In this document: positions 46,358-56,232 of the stretch, in pieces
Position numbering within the stretch: the first letter of the stretch is position 1
Layout: the number at the start of each line of letters is the position of its first letter
Assembly: GCA_001800605.1 (NCBI GenBank)
Contig: MGVS01000039.1
Location: forward strand, 1 to 56,232
From: Elusimicrobia bacterium RIFOXYD2_FULL_34_15
GTDB taxonomy: Bacteria > Elusimicrobiota > UBA8919
DNA: 56,232 bases
Direction of reading: 5' to 3'
The notes under the pieces: model-generated
Database searches by the model: none
What the model saw: only the letters and a program-made list of their open reading frames with translations
Told to the model about the DNA's origin: nothing
Translations under genes and position numbers: made by a program

Positions 46358-46982
46358 TTATCCCATCTGCTTCTGCTGTGATTTCATCCATTGCGATTTT
46401 CAATTCTTTTGACTTCTCTTCCAAACTATCATTTTCTTTGACATATACCGGATTACCATGACATACCGAAACTTTGTTAAATGGATATGGTATATGGAAT
46501 TCATCCCAGTGTCTAACAATATATTTTCTTTTTGCACTGTAAGCAACAGGAATTATTGGTAATCCTGATTTCTGAGCGGTAATAAGTACACCTGGCTTTA
46601 CTATTCTTTGCGGACCGCGGGGACCATCCGGAGTAAAAGCAATTACATTACCTTCTTTTGCATCTTCAATCAGAGAAAATAAAGATTCAACACCTCCTCT
46701 TGATGTTGAACCTCGAACAACCCTGTACCCAAATTTTTCTGCAACTTTTGCTATCAATTCCCCGTCTTTTGATCTGCTTATTAAAAGACCGATACCTTCA
46801 CATTTGTGTGCCCATATTAAAAATATTTGCCTGCCATGCCATAAAGCATAAATTACCGGACTATTGCTTCTTCTTAATTCATCGTGTATTTGAGAATTTT
46901 TTATAATAATTTTTGAAGTTTTTCCGATAAGCCATATATAACAATATCCTATTTCAATTAATAACCTGTCTAATAAATTCAT
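46344..46982 (-). CDS. DUF374 lysophospholipid-acyltransferase-family protein
   Basis: ALWHG, SRSKDGE, RGSTSRGG, TPDGPRGP, WDEFHIPYPF. Confidence 0.88.
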   Translation of the reverse strand: MNLLDRLLIEIGYCYIWLIGKTSKIIIKNSQIHDELRRSNSPVIYALWHGRQIFLIWAHKCEGIGLLISRSKDGELIAKVAEKFGYRVVRGSTSRGGVESLFSLIEDAKEGNVIAFTPDGPRGPQRIVKPGVLITAQKSGLPIIPVAYSAKRKYIVRHWDEFHIPYPFNKVSVCHGNPVYVKENDSLEEKSKELKIAMDEITAEADGIISNE

Positions 46983-47054
46983 TCTTATTCTTTGTCCGCC
47001 GAAGAATGCGAGAATGCCGCGGCCGCCATTGTAGGATATGCCTCCCGTGGCAGT

Positions 47055-47573
47055 CTATTTTTTCTTCTTTAACAACCAATTAATAGCAAAAAATTTCGTA
47101 TATTCAGGAAATATTTTATTATATTCAAACTTTACTCCTATTTTGGAAAAATCAACTTCTTTTAATATTTTATAATTCTCGAAAATTTTCGGAGAATCAA
47201 TTTCTATTGGTTCTGTTACCTCACAATGTTCTTCTTCTGCCTCCATTTCAATTAGTTTAAAAATAAAATGCCGGGCAACATCGAGTCCGTCTTTTAATGA
47301 TACATCTGTAATCTCATTTTTTTCTAATGACTCGACATCCTTACCGAGAGTAATTGAAGAAAGTGAAATAGCTATTGATTTCCCCAATTCAAAATAACCG
47401 CGAAAAACATCCGGTTTAAAAGAATCGTAAACTGTTGCCGGTTTTATATTTTTTTGAATTTCCTTTATTTTTTCTGCAAGTATTTCTTCGGAAATATCAA
47501 TTTTTCTCTTTTTAAGTTCTCTAAAAATATAACCCTGTCTAAGATTAATTTTAAAGTTCCTTATTAACTTCAT
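47055..47573 (-). CDS. Hypothetical protein (weak resemblance to B12 methionine synthase activation domain)
   Basis: Uninterrupted 172-aa ORF co-oriented with the operon; resemblance judged by eye only. Confidence 0.55.
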   Translation of the reverse strand: MKLIRNFKINLRQGYIFRELKKRKIDISEEILAEKIKEIQKNIKPATVYDSFKPDVFRGYFELGKSIAISLSSITLGKDVESLEKNEITDVSLKDGLDVARHFIFKLIEMEAEEEHCEVTEPIEIDSPKIFENYKILKEVDFSKIGVKFEYNKIFPEYTKFFAINWLLKKKK

Positions 47574-47582
47574 AATTACGTT

Positions 47583-47611
47583 ATTATATCAGAAAAAGGC
47601 AGGTATTACAA
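47583..47611 (-). promoter_or_regulatory. Sigma70-type promoter heading the LPS cluster
   Basis: TTGTAA-17-TATAAT with TGn extended -10. Confidence 0.65.
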
Positions 47612-47624
47612 GAAAAATGCTTTT

Positions 47625-47804
47625 GATTACACGGATTTCTAACATCGATTACACCGATTAAAACCTAAACCTTCTAATAGAATCTGCCCGTCCTCCGCAG
47701 TAGCAGTGCTACTGCTACGGAGGATGGATGTAATATGCATTCTAATCTGCGTAATCAGTGATTGTTACCTGCCTGCCGGTAGGCAGGGTTTTTTTAACAA
47801 TCAC
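47625..47804. repeat. GATTACACAGAT-family element with two inserted hairpins
   Basis: 42-nt hairpin 47687-47728 splits AATCTG|TGTAAT; 20-nt palindrome 47768-47787 sits in the terminal hairpin. Confidence 0.88.
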
Positions 47805-47807
47805 AAT

Positions 47808-48695
47808 TTACTGAGTTTTTCTTTTTTCCCATTCGTAAACAATCGGAGTCGCAACAAAAATTGTAGAATACGAACCGATTATTACCCCGAAAAGGAGAGC
47901 GAGCGCAAAATCGTGTATTACCTCACCACCAAAAAAGAAAAGTGATAGTAAAACTAATAAAACGGTGAGAGAAGTTATAACCGTCCTGGAGAGTGTTTCA
48001 TTTACTGAACGGTTTATCAATTCATATAGAGTATCCTTTCTGTAAAGACGTATATTCTCGCGCATTCTGTCAAAAATAACTATAGTATCATTTATTGAAT
48101 ATCCGGCAAGCGTCAAAAGCGCCGCTATTACATTTATATTTATTTCTCTATTTAAAACCGAAAAAAGCCCTACAGTAATAAAGACATCATGTATTATTGC
48201 TATGACTCCTGCTGCGCCCCAAATGCCTGATTTAAATCTAAATGCGACATAAACGATTATTCCTACAAAAGACCAGAAAAGTGCAAAAAACGCTTGATTG
48301 ACCAAATGTTTGCCAATGGTAGGTCCGACATATTCTGATCTTTCTAAAACATAAGGATTCTGAGGAACTTCTCTTTTAAAAATTCCCTGAATATTTTCTG
48401 AAATTCCCGCTTCAGTTCCTTTAACTTTCACTAAAATAGAATTTTGCTGGGGAAAATCCTGAAGCTCGCCGGTAACACCATTTTTAGATAAAATATTCCT
48501 TACATCAGAAAGTGGAATATGCTGATTAAATTTCAGCTGGATAAGTGTACCGCCGGAAAAATCGATTCCATAATTCAGTCCTTTATGAAAAAAGATTGAA
48601 AAAATAGAAATTAAAATCAGGCTTGCTGATAAACCAAAAAATATTTTTCTCTTGCCGACAAAATCAAAGTTAGTTTTTTTAAAGAATTGAATCAT
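47808..48695 (-). CDS. secF: Protein translocase subunit SecF
   Basis: GIDFSGG, VGPTIG, GYSINDTIVIFDRMREN. Confidence 0.96.
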   Translation of the reverse strand: MIQFFKKTNFDFVGKRKIFFGLSASLILISIFSIFFHKGLNYGIDFSGGTLIQLKFNQHIPLSDVRNILSKNGVTGELQDFPQQNSILVKVKGTEAGISENIQGIFKREVPQNPYVLERSEYVGPTIGKHLVNQAFFALFWSFVGIIVYVAFRFKSGIWGAAGVIAIIHDVFITVGLFSVLNREININVIAALLTLAGYSINDTIVIFDRMRENIRLYRKDTLYELINRSVNETLSRTVITSLTVLLVLLSLFFFGGEVIHDFALALLFGVIIGSYSTIFVATPIVYEWEKRKTQ

Positions 48696-48825
48696 GTTTT
48701 TACTCCCTATTTTAACTTCAATGAAAAGTTAAAAGTTTAAATTAGAATCAAGTTTTTTTCGTTTTATTTCAATTTATACTTTTTATCCTTCGTCACACTC
48801 AGGACAAGTTTTTAACTTGCCTTAA

Positions 48826-50256
48826 CTATATCGATAATTCTTTTAACTGTCTTCCTGTGAGCCAAAAATCATATATTTGATGAGTTACAATAACTGCTGT
48901 ATACATCGACACGATTAAACCGAGTGTTAATGATACTGCAAAACCTTTTATAGGACCTGTCCCAAACTGAAAAAGAAATGCAGCAGCTATAAGCGTTGTT
49001 AAATTTCCATCCAGAATTGCTGAAAATGCTTTTTCATATCCAAGGTCAACTGCTACTCTAACCGTTTTCCCATTTCTTAATTCTTCTCTCATTCTTTCAA
49101 GTATAAGAACATTCGCATCAACTGCCATACCCACTGTTAGAATTATTCCCGCGATACCGGGTAGAGTTAGGGTCGCATGAAAAAGTGACATCAACCCAAG
49201 TAAAATTACTAAATTTAGAAGCAACGCCATATTGGCAATTAATCCTGAAAACTTATAATAAAAAATCATATACCCTACTACGAGTAAAATACCAATTATA
49301 CAAGCCATTAACCCGGATTTAATAGAATCCCGACCAAGTGATGGCCCTACTATTCTATTCTCAATGATTCTTACAGGAGCAGGCAGTGCACCTGCACGGA
49401 GAATAATCGCAAGCCCTGAAGCTTCATCGGCGGTGAAATTACCCTCGATAATTGCATGCCCGTCCGGAATTCTGCTTTTTATATTAGGTGCTGATTGAAC
49501 CACGCCGTCAAGTACAATGGCAAGTCGCCTTTCTATATTTGCTTCGGTAACCGCCGAAAATATCTTGGCACCGTCGTTATTAAAATCAATTCCTACATAT
49601 GGCATCCCGTATTGCCCGCCGATTTTCATTTTGGCATCAGTTAAATATGCGCCCGTAATTTGAGCAGATGATGTAACAAGAAAGTATCCTTCCTCTTTAC
49701 CGGGTAAAACCTCATAACCTTTTGGAATTAAATCTACAAATTCTTTTTTTGGTTTACGGTTTTCATCGTAAATATCTTTTAATTGAATACTCAGTTCTTT
49801 CGCCTTAGCTGCGATTTTTTCTATTGCCCCCGTACCATCAACAAGCCGGAATTCTAAAAGTGCGGTTTTACCGATTAAATCTATAGCGGCTTGCGGATCT
49901 TTCACCCCAGGTAGTTGAACGGTAATCCATTTTTCGCCTTGCTTAGCAATCAATGGTTCCGAAACACCAAACTGATCAATACGATTTCTGATAATTTCTA
50001 TCGCTCTGTTTAATGCATCAACTAGATTTGTGCCCTTTTCGAGTTTAGTATCATCTATTTCAAGAACAAGATGAATTCCACCCTGTAAATCCAATCCTAG
50101 ATTTAATACTTTACCCGCTATTTTTTCCTTCATTTGTTGTGCTTTCGTTCTTTCTTCTTGTGACATCTGATACCACTGAAAAGTAGGCCACAACAAATAA
50201 ACAGAACCCAATAACACCACCCAAAAAATCAACAATTTAATTTTTTTACCATCCAT
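48826..50256 (-). CDS. secD: Protein translocase subunit SecD
   Basis: LGLDLQGG, LRAGALPAP, GMAVDANVLILER. Confidence 0.97.
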   Translation of the reverse strand: MDGKKIKLLIFWVVLLGSVYLLWPTFQWYQMSQEERTKAQQMKEKIAGKVLNLGLDLQGGIHLVLEIDDTKLEKGTNLVDALNRAIEIIRNRIDQFGVSEPLIAKQGEKWITVQLPGVKDPQAAIDLIGKTALLEFRLVDGTGAIEKIAAKAKELSIQLKDIYDENRKPKKEFVDLIPKGYEVLPGKEEGYFLVTSSAQITGAYLTDAKMKIGGQYGMPYVGIDFNNDGAKIFSAVTEANIERRLAIVLDGVVQSAPNIKSRIPDGHAIIEGNFTADEASGLAIILRAGALPAPVRIIENRIVGPSLGRDSIKSGLMACIIGILLVVGYMIFYYKFSGLIANMALLLNLVILLGLMSLFHATLTLPGIAGIILTVGMAVDANVLILERMREELRNGKTVRVAVDLGYEKAFSAILDGNLTTLIAAAFLFQFGTGPIKGFAVSLTLGLIVSMYTAVIVTHQIYDFWLTGRQLKELSI

Positions 50257-50290
50257 GATTACGCTCCAATTAAAAATTTTTGCAAAATTT

Positions 50291-50453
50291 TAGTACTCAG
50301 AATACAGTATACTGTACACAGTTTAAAATTCAGTACTCAGTACACATAATATAGTATACAGCTTTTAATAACTCGCAAAACTGAATTCTGTGAGCTGTTT
50401 ATTATGAGCAGACTTTTAAGAACTGTATCCTGTATACTGTTTGCTGTGTACTG
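50291..50453. repeat. Inverted pair of CAGWAYW heptamer arrays
   Basis: CAGAATA CAGTATA...CAGTACT CAGTACA / CTGTATC CTGTATA ... CTGTGTA. Confidence 0.75.
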
Positions 50454-50455
50454 CC

Positions 50456-51121
50456 TTAAAAAAGCTTCGTTTCGTTTATATATAAATCAAAATCAGTTTT
50501 TAAAAATTCAGCTGCTTTCTTACATATCAGCATTCTGCTCAAGAATATCTCAAAATATTCCATCACCTGCGAAATTTTGGTATCGATAGTTAATTCTAAA
50601 GCAATTTTTTTCTTTTCTGCATCAACCCTTAAAAAAGAACGTTCCACTGCATAGTTAACCCGGTCATGTATATCCATTGCTATTAATTGCGGATTTCTTA
50701 CTCTGCTTCTATGAACATCCGCTTTATCCGCTAAAATCAACGCTGCAGCTACAGGATTGACCGGTTCGCCGATGGGTTCCTCATGATTACCTATCGCACC
50801 AATAATTATCGCAACATCTTCCGGTGACATTCCTAACTCATCCAGAACATCCATAGTAATTAATGCACTTGCTGAAATATGGTCGGTACGGTTAACAACG
50901 TTACCTATATCGTGTAAATATCCCGCAATAGCAGCTAATTCCGGAAGCGGTTTTTTATAATTTAAATGAGCTAAAACGTTTTTCGAAAGTTTTGAAACAA
51001 TATCTGCGTGCCTGAATCCGTGCTCAGTATAACCTATGACACCGAGATATTCATTAGCCGCTTCTAAAAAAGAAACCACTTGAGGATTATTTTTTACAGC
51101 TTCTAATGTAATTTCCTTCAT
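50456..51121 (-). CDS. HD-domain phosphohydrolase
   Basis: EHGFRH, YLHDIGN, GNHEE, LADKADVH. Confidence 0.88.
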   Translation of the reverse strand: MKEITLEAVKNNPQVVSFLEAANEYLGVIGYTEHGFRHADIVSKLSKNVLAHLNYKKPLPELAAIAGYLHDIGNVVNRTDHISASALITMDVLDELGMSPEDVAIIIGAIGNHEEPIGEPVNPVAAALILADKADVHRSRVRNPQLIAMDIHDRVNYAVERSFLRVDAEKKKIALELTIDTKISQVMEYFEIFLSRMLICKKAAEFLKTDFDLYINETKLF

Positions 51122-51435
51122 TTATTTTCAATTACCGGCGTACTTTGAACAGTTTCATTTATGACCGCTGAAATTGCCGATTTGAGCATCTGAACATTTA
51201 CATTTTCCGATATCTTTATTTTTACGATATTTCCCTGAATTTCATGAACAGTTCCATAAATTCCGCTGATTGTAATTACCCTGTCGCCTTTCTTTAGATT
51301 ATTAATCATTTTCAAATGCTCTTTCTGTTTTTTGGCTTGCGGCCTGATTAATAAAAAATAAAAAACTACAAAAATCAAAATTATTGGCAACATCGACGAA
51401 AACATTGAAGCTCCCTGCGCTGTATTTGGTGGCAT
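51118..51435 (-). CDS. yajC: Preprotein translocase subunit YajC
   Basis: FYFLLIRPQ, LKKGDRVITISGIYG. Confidence 0.95.
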   Translation of the reverse strand: MPPNTAQGASMFSSMLPIILIFVVFYFLLIRPQAKKQKEHLKMINNLKKGDRVITISGIYGTVHEIQGNIVKIKISENVNVQMLKSAISAVINETVQSTPVIENK

Positions 51436-51461
51436 TTTTATTCCCCCTATACTTCGTATAA

Positions 51462-52601
<1,140 letters not shown>

Positions 52602-52723
52602 TTATTTTTAAAAGGATGGAGGTAAAAGATGGAAAAATAAAGAGTAACAGCTTAAATGATTTGAACTACTTAAACCCATACCTTCTACCCATTACCCATT
52701 ACTCATTACCCGTTACTGATTTT

Positions 52724-53389
52724 TTAAAGGAATTTATTTTTGTTTACATAAAGAACGAACATGCATTTTAAATAATTTGAAGCTTTTTTTAGCTGTAGCA
52801 TTCTTTCCAGAAAAGTTTCAAAATATTCGCCTATATCTATAATCTTTGTATCAATAGTTAATTCCAGCGAAATTGTTTTTGATTCGGCATCAACTCTTAA
52901 AAAAGAATTTTTACATGCGAGATTTACACGTGTGTGTTCATCCAGTCCGGTTCGCTTTTCGGTTCTTACTCTTGAATGATGTACATCTGTTTTATCACCT
53001 AAAATTACTGCAGCAGTAAGTTCCGAGCCCGGCATAATATCTTTTTCTTCGTGCGATCCGACAGCAGTAATTATTTTGGCAAGCTCATTATTATGCATAC
53101 CCATGCGCTGCAAAAACCTTTTTGATAAGATCGCGCCCGATAAAGTATGCTGGTGCATCTCTATTGAGTTTCCGATATCATGAAGATAACCTGCTATCTG
53201 TGCCAGTTCAATATCTCTTTTTGAAAAATTTAAATATGTTAAAACATTACCGGCAATATTTGAAGCAAGTTTCGCATGCCTAAGACCGTGTTCCTTATAT
53301 CCTATTGCAGCAAAATTATTATCCGCGGCACCTAGGAATACTCTTACATAATGATCTTTTTTTACTTCGGAAATAGTTATATTACCCAT
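52724..53389 (-). CDS. HD-domain phosphohydrolase (paralog of 50456-51121)
   Basis: EHGLRH, YLHDIGN, GSHEE, LGDKTDVH. Confidence 0.88.
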   Translation of the reverse strand: MGNITISEVKKDHYVRVFLGAADNNFAAIGYKEHGLRHAKLASNIAGNVLTYLNFSKRDIELAQIAGYLHDIGNSIEMHQHTLSGAILSKRFLQRMGMHNNELAKIITAVGSHEEKDIMPGSELTAAVILGDKTDVHHSRVRTEKRTGLDEHTRVNLACKNSFLRVDAESKTISLELTIDTKIIDIGEYFETFLERMLQLKKASNYLKCMFVLYVNKNKFL

Positions 53390-54255
53390 AATATTAAAGG
53401 AATCAAAACCAAAGTCATAATTAAACCGACGGCAATCATCGAAGATGCAAATTCATAATCTGCATGATATTTTCTGGTATATATGTAAGAACTAACTGCT
53501 GACGGCATTGAACTTGAAAGCAGGCATACAGATCTTGCACTACCAGATATTTTTAAAATTTTACAAAATAAAATTGCAACTAAAAAACCGCCAATCATGC
53601 GTACCGAAACTCCGATGAATATTTTTTTTAGGATATCTTTATTTACCGGTTTTATTTGGTATCCCACCAGACACAACATTATCGGCAGTGTAATAATATT
53701 TAAAATTTTGCCGAAATTATCTAAATATGGAGGAATATAAATATTTTTTAAACTCATTAAAACACCCAAGAAAGCCGCATATACCATAGGCAATCTGAAT
53801 ATTTCTATTGCGGAACCGCTCAAAATCCAAAGCCCTATGCTATTATATAAAAGTGTCTGAAAAATATTATACATAATTGCATAATAAGTGCCTTCTGCCC
53901 CGAAAAAAATGGCATTTAGCGGGATCGCAAGATAGGCGGAATTCATAAAAATAATCGGCACCGCAATATTCCTAAATTTCAGAGAAAATATTTTTGAATA
54001 TAATGTTGCAAAAACCGCACCAAAAAAAAGGACAATTACAACTATATAAATAATATTTACCGAATTAGATAAACTTTCCCTTAACGGAGTCTTCCACATA
54101 GTAAAAAAAGTAAAAATCGGAAATAAAAAATAAATTGCAAATGTAACAAAATATTTTATAAATTTATCGTCCCAGTCAAGTTTAAATCTTGAAAAAATAT
54201 ATCCTATCAATATATAAGGTAATACTTTTAAAACAAGATCAAATAAAATAGTCAT
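53377..54255 (-). CDS. AEC (auxin efflux carrier)-family transporter
   Basis: About 10 TM helices, FMNSAYLAIPL, SSMPSAV. Confidence 0.85.
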   Translation of the reverse strand: MTILFDLVLKVLPYILIGYIFSRFKLDWDDKFIKYFVTFAIYFLFPIFTFFTMWKTPLRESLSNSVNIIYIVVIVLFFGAVFATLYSKIFSLKFRNIAVPIIFMNSAYLAIPLNAIFFGAEGTYYAIMYNIFQTLLYNSIGLWILSGSAIEIFRLPMVYAAFLGVLMSLKNIYIPPYLDNFGKILNIITLPIMLCLVGYQIKPVNKDILKKIFIGVSVRMIGGFLVAILFCKILKISGSARSVCLLSSSMPSAVSSYIYTRKYHADYEFASSMIAVGLIMTLVLIPLILWVI

Positions 54256-54264
54256 TTTAAAATT

Positions 54265-54402
54265 CAGTACTCAGAATACAGTACTCAGGATACAGCTCAT
54301 TAAAAGCAACTCACAGGATAACAGTATTCAGAATTCAGCTTTATAAATTATTAAAAGCTGTATACTGTATTCTGTGCGCTGTGTACTGTATCCTGTGTAC
54401 TG
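54265..54402. repeat. Inverted pair of CAGDAYW heptamer arrays
   Basis: CAGTACT CAGAATA CAGTACT CAGGATA / CTGTATA CTGTATT CTGTGCG CTGTGTA CTGTATC CTGTGTA. Confidence 0.85.
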
Positions 54403-54410
54403 CCTTTGTG

Positions 54411-54454
54411 ATTATATAAAATATTCTTGACTTTTGAAAGTAAAAAGTTAGAAT
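54411..54454. promoter_or_regulatory. Overlapping divergent sigma70-type promoters
   Basis: Plus: TTGACT-16-TAGAAT (54427-54454); minus: TTTCAA-17-TATAAT (54439-54411); lies at the only strand switch. Confidence 0.6.
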
Positions 54455-54486
54455 AGAAATAAAGCAAGTACTCAGGATACAGAATA

Positions 54487-54513
54487 TCCGCCACTAAGCC
54501 ACTGGCGGACAAG
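54487..54513. repeat. 27-nt CAAG-tailed hairpin between heptamer units
   Basis: CAGAATA [TCCGCCACTAAGCCACTGGCGGACAAG] CAGGATA. Confidence 0.85.
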
Positions 54514-54584
54514 CAGGATACAGTTTAAGGCAAAAAAATAGTAATTTCTTAACTGCCGTTTATATATCTTATTGGAGGAACATT

Positions 54585-55295
54585 ATGGACTTTTTTAGAA
54601 AACACATGAAAACCATTTTTTGGATAACACTAATTGGTTTTGTGTTTGCAACTTTTGCATATTTTGGGGCCGGTGGAATTTTAACGAAAGGAATAGATAC
54701 CGTAGCAACAGTAAATGGAAATAAGGTTTCTTATACCGAATTTTCAAGACAGGTTTCAAGGACAATTGAAAATCAGCAGGCACAAAAAAAAGACTCTCAA
54801 CTTACAGAAAATGATATTAAACAGATTAAAATGAGCGTTTTACAGGATATGGTTTCCGAAGAAGCTTTTCTTCAGATGGCGTTAAAATACGGATTAGATA
54901 CAACAGATAACGAAGTCCGGGCTTACTTACAGCAAATTCCGCAGTTTCAGAAAGATGGGCATTTTGATCATATGACTTATTTTCAGGCACTAAATTATGG
55001 TTTAAAAATAAAACCGGAAGAATTTGAAAAATCAAGAAAAAGAGCACTTACGGTTGATAAGCTAAGATACCTGATTTACCTTGAAGCAAAAGTTTCTGAC
55101 AAAGAAGCCGAAGATGAATTTTTAAGGAGAAACAGTAATTTGAAAAATTGGCTTAAAGAAAAAGATAAATTTATAGAAACATTAAGAAATGAAAAGCGGG
55201 TTTTATTATTTAGTCAATTTGTTAACGTTTTGCAACAAAAAATAAAAGTTCAGGATTACATGTCAAAATTTGAACAACAACAAGCACAACAGTAA
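54585..55295 (+). CDS. SurA/PpiD N-terminal-domain periplasmic chaperone
   Basis: N-terminal TM helix, VATVNGNKVS, IPQFQKDGHFD; SD GGAGG. Confidence 0.85.
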   Translation: MDFFRKHMKTIFWITLIGFVFATFAYFGAGGILTKGIDTVATVNGNKVSYTEFSRQVSRTIENQQAQKKDSQLTENDIKQIKMSVLQDMVSEEAFLQMALKYGLDTTDNEVRAYLQQIPQFQKDGHFDHMTYFQALNYGLKIKPEEFEKSRKRALTVDKLRYLIYLEAKVSDKEAEDEFLRRNSNLKNWLKEKDKFIETLRNEKRVLLFSQFVNVLQQKIKVQDYMSKFEQQQAQQ

Positions 55296-55372
55296 TAAGT
55301 AACGAGTAACGAGTAATGGGTAAAGGATAGTCCGCCCTTTGGGTGAGGTCTTGCCATAGGCGGCGGGACAAG
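55289..55372. repeat. NNRGTAA heptamer array plus CAAG-tailed hairpin
   Basis: ACAGTAA TAAGTAA CGAGTAA CGAGTAA TGGGTAA; hairpin 55331-55372. Confidence 0.8.
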
Positions 55373-55443
55373 TTTTTGTATTTTTGACTGTCTTCTTTGT
55401 TGAATCCTTTGAACATTTTGTACCTCTAATAAATATCAAACTT

Positions 55444-56175
55444 ATGACTGATGCTCAATTCTCTGTAATAATATACTCGCTAATTGCCGGAATATCAACC
55501 ATAATCGGGACCATACTAATCTTCGCTAACGAAAAGTTAGTCAAAAAACATTCCGTATATCTTATAAGTTTTGCTGCAGGCATTATGCTTGCTACCTCTT
55601 TTTTACATCTAATTCCGGAATCTTTGGAAATATCTGAGAATGTTTCAATTTTTGTTTTTATCGGTTTTTTAATTTTTTACGTAATTCAAAATTACCTGAT
55701 AACTATCCATCCTTGTAACGAAGCAAATTGCGAGGTACACCGTTTGGGGATAATGTCCTTCATCGGATTAGCGATACACTCATTATTAGACGGTATTGCG
55801 ATTGCTATTGGATTTGAGGTTTCTTCAAGTATCGGTATATTTACCGCTGTCGCAGTCATCTTACATGAATTTCCCGAAGGACTTATAACTACCGGCATTT
55901 TAATGCACACTAACCTGAAAAAACAAAAGATATGGATATATTCACTGGTTGTGGCATTAGCAACACCTTTTGGAGCAATCGTTTCGTTATTTCTTATTCG
56001 AAATCTACAACCGAATATTTTGGGTAATGCTCTTTCAATAACAGCAGGTTCATTTATTTACCTTGCTGCGTCGGATTTAATTCCTGAGATGCACAAATCG
56101 AAAAGAAAGATTAACAGTTTGATTCTAATTTTTGGAATAATATTTGTATATCTGTTGGGCAAGTTATTCCACTAA
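55444..56175 (+). CDS. ZIP-family metal transporter
   Basis: SFAAGIML, HLIPES, IHSLLDG, LHEFPEG, DLIPEMH; start reset to ATG 55444. Confidence 0.92.
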   Translation: MTDAQFSVIIYSLIAGISTIIGTILIFANEKLVKKHSVYLISFAAGIMLATSFLHLIPESLEISENVSIFVFIGFLIFYVIQNYLITIHPCNEANCEVHRLGIMSFIGLAIHSLLDGIAIAIGFEVSSSIGIFTAVAVILHEFPEGLITTGILMHTNLKKQKIWIYSLVVALATPFGAIVSLFLIRNLQPNILGNALSITAGSFIYLAASDLIPEMHKSKRKINSLILIFGIIFVYLLGKLFH

Positions 56176-56232
56176 ATATAGTAATCCCGATGAGTCGGGA
56201 CAGGCTGAGTAACGCTTGCCCGTCAGTGGCGG

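Overview
AT-rich, almost entirely minus-strand chromosomal segment of a diderm (LPS-making) bacterium; gene order and protein style suggest Elusimicrobiota (inference only). Content in genomic order: two sensor kinases plus an Xis-HTH response regulator; lepA; a regulatory PTS cluster (ptsI, ptsH, EIIA-Man, rapZ, hprK, ptsN, hpf) interleaved with two GH57 enzymes and DUF4912; lptBAC, kdsC, kdsA; a 12.5-kb block of secreted/surface-protein genes; kdsB and an LPS core/heptose cluster with a WaaL-GmhB fusion; secF, secD, yajC, tgt with two HD paralogs; and a divergent SurA-N/ZIP pair. No rRNA, tRNA, CRISPR, transposase or integrase is recognisable. The main signal is a layered repeat system. Many spacers carry 7-, 8- or 10-nt tandem arrays, often as inverted pairs. 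About 20 small GC-rich hairpins (16-46 nt, most with a CTTG/CCTG foot) are inserted into these arrays, into each other and into genes, with no visible target duplication. Three exact 21-nt in-frame copies add 7-aa peptides to LepA and to a large surface protein; deleting them restores alignment or repeat periodicity. Coordinates were counted by hand and may be off by a base or two; family names come from motif recognition, not database searches.
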